Part shown: positions 50,100-61,799 of the stretch, one piece after another
How positions within the stretch are numbered: the first letter of the stretch is position 1
Layout of the letters: each line of letters begins with the position of its first letter
Source: Eledone cirrhosa
Lineage: Eukaryota
Assembly: GCA_964016885.1 (NCBI GenBank)
Contig: OZ024746.1
Location: 101,308,001-101,372,000 of the forward strand
DNA length: 64,000 nucleotides
Direction: 5' to 3'
Translations under genes and position numbers: made by a program
The notes under the pieces: model-generated
The model's database searches: none
What the model was told of the DNA's origin: nothing
What the model saw: only the letters and a program-made list of their open reading frames with translations

Positions 50100-53000
50100 T
50101 ATCTATAAACCCCCCTAACATTCCCTCACAACAAACCCACAACCATCATTACTTTCAACATAGAACCCAAAATACACAACTACAACACATGACACATAGG
50201 GCCTCACAACCACACACCAACTATAAGGAAACCCCAATCTACCCTCCTCCACTAACCACATCCTACAACAACACCAGCAGGGGACAGTACAACCACACAA
50301 GACACCCTAACCACTACAACCACCATAACTACACACCATACAACAACAGCAGGACTCAATATACCCACACAAGGCAACCCTACTACAACAACCACCAAGT
50401 CTACACACCCTACAACAACAGCAGGGCTCAATACAACTATACGATGCAACCTAACTTCAACAACCACCACAACTACACAACCTATAACAATGTCCATCAA
50501 ATCTACACACCCTACAACAACATCAGCAGGGCTCAATACCACACGATACAACCTAACTTCAACAACCACCACAGCTATACACCCTCTAACAACAACAGCA
50601 GGGGCCAATACAACCATAAGAGACATCCAAACTTCAACAACCACCACAGCTTCCGTAGTCATTTTTTAGACATAGCACTCAGACACAGGGTAACGAGATA
50701 ACCCAAAACACACAGAAGACACAAAATATAATAAAAATCGTTAATTTAACCCCTAAAGAATTAACAACAGACCAAATCAACATACTCTCCAAAGGTCTGA
50801 AATTTACACCAACTCCCCAACTACTCCGAAAGGAAGGAAGATATTGCAGAATTCTGTAGAAAACTAAGATTCAGCAAGCAACTATACGACAAATACAATG
50901 AGGATGACTGAATAGCCAGAAATAGAAGCAACTACACCCCACCAAAAAGCAAGAACAAATTCCTCGATCAATTTTGCGAACACATTACTTATTACCCATA
51001 CCACCACCTACACAGACATAAACAAAAACCTAACCTAAGCAAAAAAGAATGGAATGGTCTTAACAGTCTAAAGAACGACAAAACCCTAACAATCAAAGAG
51101 GCGGATAAAGGAAGTACAGTAATCCTTATGAAAACAGATTACTACACGACTCTAGTACTCTCAACTCTAGAAAACCAAACATATTACAAAAAGGCCCAAC
51201 ACTACACACAACAGAAAATAATGAGAAACCTAAAATCCCTAACAACCCTTTACAAAGAAGGCCTTACCGACAAGGAATACAACTACATCACCAATTTCAA
51301 AAGTGAAGTAATAGGCAGGGCCTGCAAGGAGGCCACACACATTTACATCAATATCCTCCCTCCCGATGACCTTAAATTAAGACCCATAATAGCAGGCACC
51401 ACATGTGAAACCCACCGCCTAAGCAACTTCCTAGATATTCTGCTTAAACCTTTCCTAAAACACATAAAAAGCTTCATAAGGGACGACCTTGACATACTCA
51501 ACCACCTCCCAACAACACTTAATAATGAACAAACCCTACTAGTAACCTTTGATGGCATCAATTTATATTCCAATATCCCACACAACCTAGGTATAGAGGC
51601 AATACAATTCTGGATGGAAAATTTCCCTAGTGAACTTCCACAGCGCATCCCTAAAGAATTTGTGTTGGAGGGACTCAAATTCATCTTGGAAAACAACTTA
51701 TTCGAATTCGATGCCAAATACTACAGACAGAAATCCGGGACTGCCATGGGCACGAAAGTAGCCCCCTCATACGCCAACCTTGTCATGGGATATTTGGAAA
51801 CTACTCTCTACCGCAAAGTTCTAGACAAATACGGTAACCACTTCTACCAACACATAGAAAAGAAATGGAAGAGATATCTGGACGACTGCTTCATTCTCTG
51901 GCATGAAAGTATAGAAAGACTGATTGAGTTTAAAACCCTTCTAAATGGACTCAACACAAACTTACAATTTACAATGGAATACAGCCATGAACAACTCCCT
52001 TTCCTTGACATCCTCATCAAGAAAACAAACAACAAAATAGAAACAGACATATACTACAAATCCACAGACTCCAAATAATATCTTCCATTTAACTCGTGCC
52101 ACCCTTGCCATACCAAAATAGCAATTCCTTATAACCTAGCCAGAAGGATCTGCACAATAGTTTCAGATAAATACACATGCTACACACGACTAGAAGAATT
52201 AAGAACACACTTAGCAGAAACTACCCACCATCCTTAATCAACAATGGATTCCAACATGCCCTAAAACTCAACATCCAGGAATGAACCGCAACAGAAAACT
52301 CTACCATACATCTCCACACACAACCCCCTCAACAATGAGGCATTCGATACCATCCTCCAGAACATTCCTTTACTAAAAAGAGACCCAAGAATGAACAAAA
52401 TCCTCCAAAAACACACAACATCATAAAGAGCAAAAGACAACCTAAATCCATAAAAAACATCCCCACACAAGCCAAAATCCAACCAACCCTCCCAATGAAC
52501 CCTACAGTAAAAAAATGCGGAAGGCCCAACTGTGGTATATGCATAAATCTAATAGATGGTTCAACATTCCACTTTAAACAAGGACAACATTTCTCGGTTA
52601 AATACAACTTTAGATGTGCATCTGAAAACCTAATCTATGTTTTGAGCTGCTCAGGAGACAAAAAACAGCCTCCGACAATGAATGACCTTCCATAGATCAC
52701 AAATCAAAATACAAGAATACAGAAAGATTGCTTTTAGTGAACATATCGCCAATTGTGCACCTAACCAACAACCTAACTTTAAAATTTTCCCCATTTACAA
52801 ATTCATAGACAACGCTTCTTTCATCCATTGTACCAATAAGGAAACGAACTTCATTAACAAATTCCAACCTCTACTTAATGGACTAAACTTCGGACTAAAC
52901 TAAAACTGGAACGAACAATGAACCAAAGCTCCAAATTCCTATGTTCTCTAAAGAGTTACCTCCCATACACCCTACCTAATCCTTTTTCTTATATAAATGA

Positions 53001-53420
53001 ATTACCCCTCTCATTTTTCTCTCCTATGACCACCCTGAATTACCTCCCCCTGCATATTAACTCTCTAAAAGGGGAAAACATATCCAACCCCAGACTACCA
53101 TTTGCCTCCATCATGGATCAACTAAGCATTCTTGCCATAATAACACTTTTTGAACTGCTTATCCTCAAGAACTATGCCTGTAAATAATATTATTCTTTCT
53201 TTCCCATTACCTTATCATGTTCCACATCACACCTTTTTTTTCTTATTTCTTTTCACTTCAAAAACCTTGTTTGTAAATAACATTATTCTTTCTTCACCAT
53301 TTCCTTAACATGTTCAACATCACCAACATTTTACACCAATACAAATTTGATAATACATAAAATGCTGAAACCGGTAATAGACAAGTATTAAATATATAAA
53401 TAAATAAATAAATGCCATTG
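50100..53420 (+). mobile_element. Decayed Penelope-like element (RT and GIY-YIG endonuclease, 3' pLTR)
   Basis: VNLT..LSKGLKFTPTP, IKEADKG, LRPII, LYSNIP, GTAMG, RYLDD, LPFLD, YYKSTD; CxxxxCxxC and NLIYVLSC; stops/frameshifts; decayed hammerhead at ~53344-53381. Confidence 0.92.
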
Positions 53421-53887
53421 TTAATTAATAAATAAATTAACTGATACCTTAACACTTCATACAAAGTAAAATATTTTGTTTTAAACCAGAAAAAGAGAAA
53501 AAAATAAAGGAAAAATAAAAATTTTTCTTCCTAATAATCGTCTTTTTCTCCCTATTTACATATATATATTTATATATACACATAATATATTTATACATTT
53601 ATATACACGTATATACACATAATATATTTATATATTTATATATATATACATAATATATATATATATATACAAATATAAATTTAGCGAGAATCGCATTTCG
53701 GCGGGTAGAAATTAGCGAAACGCAACTTCCATATTGTGCAGACAAGTGCTCCATGGATATGAAGAAGAAGATACCAGAGCTATAAACATAAGTTAAAATG
53801 GTCAGACATGCTGAGACGATGGTTAACCACCATAGCCAAAAAAGCGAACAAGATAAACGGGTCAAACAAAATGAGATATGATTAAAA

Positions 53888-53938
<51 letters not shown>

Positions 53939-53940
<2 letters not shown>

Positions 53941-54326
53941 AGGGACATGACTTAGTGGTTAAAGCATTGGCCTTGCAATCGAAAGGTTGTGAGTTCAATT
54001 TTCAGACCGGGTGATGTGTTGTTTCCTTGAGCAAGACACTTTATTTCACATTGCTCCAGTTTACTCAGCTGTAGAAATGAGATGATGGGACTGGAGTCCC
54101 TATCATTCCACTGTAAAGTGGTTGTGGAGGTGCCACGGCAAAAAACCACCCAGCCCACACTGTAAAATGGACGTGTAGGCGCCACGGAAAAAAAAGCACT
54201 CAGCACTCACTGTAAATGAGGTTGGTGTTAGGAAGGGCATCCAGCTGTAGAAGTCAAGCCAGAATCATTTCCCGTCCCACCCTTGCAAGCAGGGAAAAGC
54301 GGACGTAAAATGATGATGATGATGAT
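53939..54326 (+). mobile_element. Composite SINE: tRNA head, CORE/V-like domain, RTE-UTR body, young-RTE tail
   Basis: A/B-box-like motifs, TCCTTGAGCAAGACACTT, GGAAGGGCATCC body; tail matches 58168-58217. Confidence 0.7.
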
Positions 54327-54391
54327 ATATATATAATATTATATAACATTTATATAATTATTTATATAACATTATATAATATTTATATAAC

Positions 54392-54576
54392 TTTTTCTAC
54401 TTTAGGCACAAGGCCAGCAATTACCCAGTGCATTACTGGTACTTTATTTTATCGACCCCGTAAGGATGAAAGGCAAAGTCAACCTCGGCGGGATTTGAAC
54501 TCAGATCGTAAAGGGACGTAACTATGCTGGAAAGCATGGCGTCCGACCCTCTACCGATACTGCCAATCCACTGCCA
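54392..54576 (-). mobile_element. tRNA-derived SINE with Meta-type core
   Basis: Reverse complement of the 8050-8250 family. Confidence 0.85.
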
Positions 54577-54637
54577 TTGTATAATATATAATGCTAGCAT
54601 GGAAGATAGACGTTAAACGATGATGATGATGATAACA

Positions 54638-55136
54638 CTAGCAGTGTATCCCGGCGTTGCACGGGTAAGAACATTGGTAATAGCACCTCCAATGAGAAAC
54701 GTTTCTCATTGGAGAATGAAGGAGATTTTTCATTCTCCAATGAGAAATGTTTATTTGTGAGTGCCTGTTAAAAACTCATGAACTGGACATGAAAATGAAA
54801 ATGGCATGTAATGCCCAATGCTAATTCGTAAATTTCCTAGAAACTATTAAGGAAATTGGAAATTATATTTGTCCACAGCAATGCAAGGGGACTAACTAAT
54901 GTGTGCTGCAAATTTTAAGGAAATTGGCTGGATTATCTTTAAGTTATGCCTCAAAAAAGCCTAAAATTGCCTAATGTGGGCCCCATCGCAGAAAAAGTTT
55001 AATTTTTTTAGCCCATTGCACTTCAAGAAATATAAGTAACACATGTGTAAAGTTTGAAAAATATCGGTTGGGTACTTCTCGAGTTTTAGGGATTTTCACA
55101 GACAGACAGACATCCTCTGTTTTATATATATAGAGA
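54638..55136 (-). mobile_element. Non-autonomous Helitron
   Basis: Minus strand 5' TCTCTATATATA...; 3' hairpin CCCGTGCAACGCCGGG + CTAG; A|T target. Confidence 0.75.
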
Positions 55137-58100
55137 TTGCAACACTTAATATATAGAGTTGCAACACTTAATGTTGGCACTCTCAGAGGTAGGTCTGCTG
55201 AAATAGCGGAGATGCTGGAGAGAAGGCAGGTGGATGTGTGCTGCGTGCAAGAGGTGAGATGGAGGGGTGCCTCTGCGAGACCAGTCGTAGGCAAGCGTCT
55301 TAGCTATAAGCTATTCTGGGTAGGTAAGGATGATGGGTTAGGGGGAGTAGGCATTTTCCTGGCTGAGAAATGGATCAATAAGACAATAGAGGTAGTTCGA
55401 GTTAGTAATCGAATAATTAAGCTTAGATTAGTTGTAGGTAGGAGACTACTGACAATCATCTCGGTCTATGCTCCCCAAGCAGGCCTAGGCAAAGATGAGA
55501 AAGACTGCTTTTATGAGCAACTTTTGCAAACAACCACAATGACAGAGGACGGAGACATCGTTATGCTAGCAGGAGACTTCAATGGTCATGTTGGACAGCT
55601 CCAGGATGGTTACACTGGGGTACATGGTGGGCACGGTTACGGTTCAAGAAATGAAGAAGGAGTGAGACTTCTTGAATTTTGTGATGCAAGTACATTGACT
55701 ATTTGCAACACAAACTTCCAGAAACCTGCCAATCACCTAATAACCTACAAATCTGGTGAGCACATAAGCCAGATTGACTTCCTGCTAGTTAGGCAGCGGG
55801 ACAGGCAGATAGTGTCTAATACCAAGGCATACCCTGGGGAAGAATGTACCCCACAGCATAGGTTAGTTGTTAGTGATATCTCAGTAAGCAAGAGATGGAA
55901 TGAGACATATAGGAAGGTGTGGAGAAGAAAGGTCTGGAAGCTAAAAGACCTTTCATTAAAATTCAAATTTAGGAAAGCCCTTCAAGATGTATATGACGAA
56001 AAAGAAGACGATTTAGAGACGTATGACATAGATAATAACTGGAAGTTCTTACGTGACAACTTGCTGAAGGCTACTGATGAAACCTGTGGCTGGAGCAGAG
56101 CTCCAACCAGACAGAGAGTGACCTGGTGGTGGAACAGCAGTGTAGATAAGGCTATTAGAGACAAAAGACTAGCATGGAAGGCTTGGAATAAGGGTGGGAG
56201 TAGGGAAGAATATACAGCCACTAAGAGAGAAGCTAGACGTCAGGTGTACTTAGCACGCAGGGAGGCAGAGAGTAGGAGGTTTGCCAATGTTCTGCGACGG
56301 GAAGATCAGAGGCGTGCGGTGTTCCACATTGCAAGGCAGTGTGTCAATGCAAATCAGGATGTTGTTGGTGATAAATGTGTCCGGGATGATGCCGGTGTAC
56401 TTAGTGTCACGAATGACCAGACAAAGGAGGCCTGGAAATGTCATTATGAGAGACTGATGAATGTGGAGAACGAATGGGAGAGAGAGAAATTACCCTTGGT
56501 AGATCCGACAGAGGGACCAGCTATTGAGATTGACGAATATAGGGTCCAAGAGGCGATTAGGGAAATGAAAAATGGTAAGGCGGCCGGACCATCAGGAATA
56601 GTTGCTGAGATGCTGAAGGCATCAGGGGACGTAGGCACTAAACTGGTTGCACGCATAATCAATCAGGCTATATATGGTGGTGTCATACCCAAAGACTGGT
56701 GCAGCAGTATTCTCATAAATTGCTACAAAGGTAAAGGGGATGCTTTGGAGAGGAGCAATTATAGGGGTATAAAACTGATAGATCAGGTTATGAAAGTGGC
56801 AGAAAGGATTTTAGCACAACTAATTAGAGAAAGGGTCAAACTAGATGAGATGCAGTTTGGTTTTGTGCCTGGGAAGAGTACAACAGATGCCCTCTTCTTG
56901 GTGAGACAAATGCAAGAGAGGTTCTTAGAGAAGAATAAGCCACTATACTTAGCCTTTGTTGACCTAGAGAAGGCCTTTGATAGGGTACCCCGATCTGTCA
57001 TCTGGTGGTCCCTAAGGAAGCTGGGTGTTGAGGAATGGCTTGTAAGGACAGTGCAAACTTTGTACAGAGGTACTCTCAGTAAAGTCAGGGTAGGAATGGA
57101 GTTTAGTGAGGAATTCCAGATACAAGTAGGAGTACATCAGGGTTCGGTCCTCAGCCCGCTCTTGTTCATTATAGTCCTCCAAGCCATAACAGAGGAGTTT
57201 AAGACTGGCTGTCCATGGGAACTTCTCTATGCTGACGATCTGGCTCTTATGGCAGAATCAGTAGAGGAGCTAGAGAATAAATTCCGGCTATGGAAACAGC
57301 AGTTGGAAGCAAGAGGACTGAGAGTAAATCTAGCTAAGACAAAAGTGTTGATGAGTAGAAAAGAGGACAAAACCCTGATTCCGTCAGGGAAATGGCCATG
57401 TTCGATATGCAGAAAAGGAACTGGCATAAATTCTATAAAATGCACACAATGTAGGTCCTGGGTACACAAGAGATGTAGCGGGATAGCAGGCAAACTAACA
57501 GGTAGGGAGAAATATGTATGCAGTAGATGTACAGGGAAGTTAGACAGTAGAAGTCGCACTGATAGACACATTTTTCAAATGCGAGAGGGCGCTATAGAAG
57601 TGGTGGATAGCTTCCGGTACCTAGGAGATCAGATTAGCATGGGAGGAGGGTGTTCCGAGGCCATAGTATCTAGAATAAGGACGGGTTGGAAGAAGTTTAG
57701 GGAGCTGCTTCCTCTGTTGACGAAGAAGGGTTTCTCCCTGCGTACGAAAGGCCGGTTGTATGATGCCTGTGTGAGGAGCGCGATGCTGCATGGTAGTGAG
57801 ACATGGGCAGCTACCGCAGAAGATATGCGACGGCTGGAGAGAAATGAGGCAAGCATGCTCCGTTGGATGTGCAGTGTAAATGTGCGTGAACGACCCAGCA
57901 TAAATGTGTTGAGAGAGAAACTGTGTCTGAGAGGGATAGAATGTAGTGTACGGGAGAGGAGACTGAGGTGGTATGGACATGTGATGCACATGAAGGATGA
58001 CCGATGGGTGAAGAAGTGCCAGGAAATGCCAGTTGAAGGAAGACGTGGTAGAGGTAGACCACGAAAAACATGGGCGGAGGTGGTGAGAACAGACCTCAGA

Positions 58101-58205
58101 TCATTGAAGCTCACGGTGGAGATGACGAGGGACCGTGACGAGTGGAGAGATGCTGTGCTGAATAAGACCCGTCCCACCCTTGCAAGCAGGGAAAAGCGGA
58201 CGTAA
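55137..58205 (+). CDS. RTE LINE polyprotein: APE endonuclease, reverse transcriptase, PHD-type finger; frame uninterrupted but lacks its ATG
   Basis: TLNVGT, VQE, YAPQ, GDFNGH, IDF, QHRL; NYRGIKL, DLEKAFD, GVHQGS, YADD; C4HC3 motif; RLRWYGH, GRPRKTW. Confidence 0.93.
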   Translation: MQHLIYRVATLNVGTLRGRSAEIAEMLERRQVDVCCVQEVRWRGASARPVVGKRLSYKLFWVGKDDGLGGVGIFLAEKWINKTIEVVRVSNRIIKLRLVVGRRLLTIISVYAPQAGLGKDEKDCFYEQLLQTTTMTEDGDIVMLAGDFNGHVGQLQDGYTGVHGGHGYGSRNEEGVRLLEFCDASTLTICNTNFQKPANHLITYKSGEHISQIDFLLVRQRDRQIVSNTKAYPGEECTPQHRLVVSDISVSKRWNETYRKVWRRKVWKLKDLSLKFKFRKALQDVYDEKEDDLETYDIDNNWKFLRDNLLKATDETCGWSRAPTRQRVTWWWNSSVDKAIRDKRLAWKAWNKGGSREEYTATKREARRQVYLARREAESRRFANVLRREDQRRAVFHIARQCVNANQDVVGDKCVRDDAGVLSVTNDQTKEAWKCHYERLMNVENEWEREKLPLVDPTEGPAIEIDEYRVQEAIREMKNGKAAGPSGIVAEMLKASGDVGTKLVARIINQAIYGGVIPKDWCSSILINCYKGKGDALERSNYRGIKLIDQVMKVAERILAQLIRERVKLDEMQFGFVPGKSTTDALFLVRQMQERFLEKNKPLYLAFVDLEKAFDRVPRSVIWWSLRKLGVEEWLVRTVQTLYRGTLSKVRVGMEFSEEFQIQVGVHQGSVLSPLLFIIVLQAITEEFKTGCPWELLYADDLALMAESVEELENKFRLWKQQLEARGLRVNLAKTKVLMSRKEDKTLIPSGKWPCSICRKGTGINSIKCTQCRSWVHKRCSGIAGKLTGREKYVCSRCTGKLDSRSRTDRHIFQMREGAIEVVDSFRYLGDQISMGGGCSEAIVSRIRTGWKKFRELLPLLTKKGFSLRTKGRLYDACVRSAMLHGSETWAATAEDMRRLERNEASMLRWMCSVNVRERPSINVLREKLCLRGIECSVRERRLRWYGHVMHMKDDRWVKKCQEMPVEGRRGRGRPRKTWAEVVRTDLRSLKLTVEMTRDRDEWRDAVLNKTRPTLASREKRT

Positions 58206-58217
58206 AATGATGATGAT
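55151..58217 (+). mobile_element. Young RTE-clade LINE, slightly 5'-truncated, (TGA)n tail
   Basis: Open 3-kb frame with tail immediately after the stop codon. Confidence 0.93.
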
Positions 58218-58359
58218 AAGTGAACAAGATATTGTTTAAGGTAACCCAATTAGAGGTTATAGCAATCAGCGATGTTTAGACACACCTGGCTAATGAAACA
58301 ATTGTTAATACTGTAAATAAACCCTATTGTACAGCCAACCACGTTATTCTTCACTCTTT

Positions 58360-58390
<31 letters not shown>

Positions 58391-58805
58391 ATGTGATGCT
58401 GCAGATTCTGTTTACCAAATTCCACTACCAAGGGTCAACGAGAGGCTATAGTAGAAACGAAGGTGCCACAGTGGCAGTGTACCCAAAACCATATAGTTGC
58501 AAAGTTAACCCCTTACTCACTCTGCCATGTCTGTGCCTATATCATACTCTCTTTATATATGTACGCTCGGGGAACGGATGTTGATTGATGATGATGATAT
58601 ATATGTATATATACACACACACACATATATGTGTGTGTGTGTAGGCATGCATACAGCAATGCTCCAGCCTGGCATAAGCCAGTTGGCTGGAACCGGAAAA
58701 AAAGTAAAAGAGGAATATACACACACACACACATATATATATATATAAATATATATGGAAAATAGCCATTAAACAGTGCTGTATATATGCATACAAACAT
58801 ACAAC

Positions 58806-58847
<42 letters not shown>

Positions 58848-58886
58848 TATATATATATATATACTTTTATTTTCTGTGGTCTTTAA

Positions 58887-59074
58887 CCCTTTAGCATTTG
58901 AACCAGCCATACCCGACCAGAATTCTCTCACCTCTTTCTGTTCAAACCAGCTGTAACTGGCCACTCATACTTATGTTAAGGTATTGTTCTCAAAATGAAT
59001 AATAGAAAAATCTCATAGATTCGATATCATGTGAAATAATGTAGTAAATATAGAGTAATGGAAATGCTAAAGGG
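58887..59074. mobile_element. piggyBac-type MITE
   Basis: 13-bp TIRs CCCTTTAGCATTT / AAATGCTAAAGGG flanked by TTAA on both sides. Confidence 0.88.
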
Positions 59075-59190
59075 TTAAATGTAAACCTACTGCTATTCTT
59101 TCAATTACCCCCCCACCCACTAATAAGTGTACATAAAAATATCCCAGGTCCTCTGTCAACAGTTTAGATGTGTAAAAAATCATCTAAACT

Positions 59191-59431
59191 CACATATTTG
59201 AGATGTTGAAAAAAGGTTGGGTCCCATCACCTTGATTGTATCCTGAGCTGATCAATATAAAAACTATTGTAATATGTGAAGTTTGTATATATACTGCAAC
59301 ACTGACTTCAGTTCTACTATCTATCTGTCATTACCACAACAGAGGTCCGACGAGTTTTTGATTTCAGAGTCAGGCTAGATCGATACAGTCGAACCTTGAA
59401 CTGATCAATAACGAAACGTGCATCACACCTC
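59191..59431 (+). ncRNA. Two decayed long-stem-II hammerhead-like motifs (59191-59278, 59342-59431)
   Basis: Second: GAGGT CCGACGA GTTtTTGAT...ATCAAtAAC GAAA CGTGCA TC acACCTC; first retains stem I CACATAT/ATATGTG with a mutated core. Confidence 0.4.
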
Positions 59432-60719
59432 AATAAACATGATGAAGACATAACAAATTATCCATTTTATTATTATTATTATTACACACGGCTTAGTACT
59501 AGACCTCTATACCTACACTATGCACCAAGTGCTCACACTAGTGAACCTACAGTAAGTTGACGTTACACTGGACGTATATATATATATATAAAGATGATAG
59601 ATAGACAGACAGGCAAATATCTATCTAGATAGACAGACAGACAGATATATATAGAGATAAATAGATAGACAGACAGATATATAGGGCTCCATACTTATAT
59701 TACAGAGAACTCTAAAAGTAGAGAAAATAAATAAAGGATTATAAGAAAAACATATTTGAAAAAGCAAAGAAACAGAAAACGACAATGAGAGGGTAAAAAG
59801 GTGTTTGTACCCTCTTTAAAATTTGAAAGAATTGATGAAGTGATGAAAGAACAATAAGAAAAAAGAAATAAAGAACGAAAAGGTATTCTTTTCTTTTTAC
59901 CTGATGACAAATGTAATCCCCAGTAATTAGCATCTATTCTTTAGAAAGTAAGAAATCTTTAACGTAGTTGTAATATTTCCTCCTTACATATAGATATATT
60001 CCTTTGGATAGAGTTTGGACTTGTGTAGATAAATATGTGTGGGTGTGCATATACATACATACATATATATATGTATGTATGTATGTGAAGAGGGAGAGTG
60101 CAAGAGGGAGGGGGAAAATTTTAGATAGACAGTAAGGTGTGTGGCATAGAAAGGTATCAAGTATTTTCAAGTGACACAAAATAAATAGATGATGTAAGGC
60201 GTTTTATTGTAGTTACTGTGGGTTGATCAGGTCAGGCAGAGAGAAAGCTGAGCTAAGATAGATGTAGATAAACACACATGTATATATAAACACATATCTA
60301 TCTACCTATATATATAAAGACATATTCGAGGAGAAGGACGAGGAGGATCGGACTAGTTTCTCAATGTCCTTTCATTTATTTAGTTTTCTTCAACTTCTTT
60401 ACTTATTCCTTTCACAACACCCCTCCCTTCTGTCTGTTTCTCACTCTTTAATTTCCTTCCCTCTCTCTCTGTAAACCATTTCACCTCCATTAAACCCCTC
60501 CCCACACACTCACCCCTCTTCCTCCCTCATGCCTATTACATTGCCTGTCTTTTTTTTTTTCATTCTCAGTGATATTCAAAAAATGCTTAGTACACACCCT
60601 GCTGATAATAGACACACACTGACACACACACAAACTGACACACACACAGACACACACTGACACACACACAACTCTCACACACTCACCACACCATATCTTC
60701 AGAAATAAGTACTAATATA

Positions 60720-60900
60720 TAATTGTTTCTACTTTTGGCACAAGGCCAGCAATTACCCAGTGCATTATTAGTACTTTATTTTATCGACCCCGTAAGGATG
60801 AAAGGCAAAGTTAACCTCGGCGGGATTTGAACTCAGAATGGCAAGGGCCGTAACTCTATGCATCAAAGCATGGTGCCCGACCCTCTACCGCTACTGCCAA
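60720..60900 (-). mobile_element. tRNA-derived SINE with Meta-type core
   Basis: Reverse complement of the 8050-8250 family. Confidence 0.85.
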
Positions 60901-61029
60901 TAATAATAGCAACCCTCATCTGAGTTATGAATGAAATTCTCTATGAAGCTGTGAATGTCAACCACTGTACTAGATAAAACACATACATAACTTCATGGTT
61001 ATGCTCAGTTTAGTTCATTACTTAATTTA

Positions 61030-61173
61030 GCATAGAGTTACATCCCTTTACGGTTTGAGTTCAAATCCTGCCAAGGTTAACTTTGCCTTTCATCCTTACA
61101 GGGTCGATAAAATAAAGTACCAGTAATACACTGGAATAATTGCTGGCCTTGTGCCAAAAGTAGAAACAGTTAT
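61030..61173 (+). mobile_element. tRNA-derived SINE (5'-truncated), inverted relative to 60720-60900
   Basis: Same family. Confidence 0.8.
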
Positions 61174-61181
61174 TACAATTA

Positions 61182-61340
61182 ATGGAGACTTCTGGTGTCC
61201 TTGACCCTAGGGCTACTGCCCTGCTCACCACCATAGACGCTGAGTGTGAGCCTCACGAGATGGAATGGCTCTTCCAACACATCTCCCTTACCATCCTTCG
61301 AGGAAATGCCTTCTCCATTCTGTCTGCCGGGGCTGTGGGG
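61182..61340 (+). mobile_element. CRE-like RLE retrotransposon C-terminal fragment
   Basis: ETSG..WLFQHISLTILRGNAFSIL motif. Confidence 0.55.
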
Positions 61341-61799
61341 CAGCCAGCATGTAGGACCCTATTTGCTCACTATACAGAGAGATGAGGGCAATGAAGGTGT
61401 TCAGACACATTGCACCTATCATGTGAGACATTTAATTAAGTTTGGAAATATGTTAGAGAGACGAATGACAAGAGTTAGACTATTAACCCATAACATCCTG
61501 TAATGGTTTAACAGAAAACATCTAAAATTAGTTTTGTTCATTCAGATGTTTATAGTATCTTTACTAGTGGACAGATCATGTAAAAATGTATAATAGTTGT
61601 GGCTTTTCCTTAAGAATATCTTTGCTAATATGGTTTCATTTGGTAGAATATGTTAAGAGTTATATCTGTGGCAACATGAGTAGTGATAAAAATGAAAAGA
61701 ATATTCTGAGTTGAAGTTTGTGTGAAGGAGAATGACATCTTAGGCCTGGTAAAAAAAGAGGTTTGAGCTAGCAACTTTTACCCATGTTATGGGAATGGT

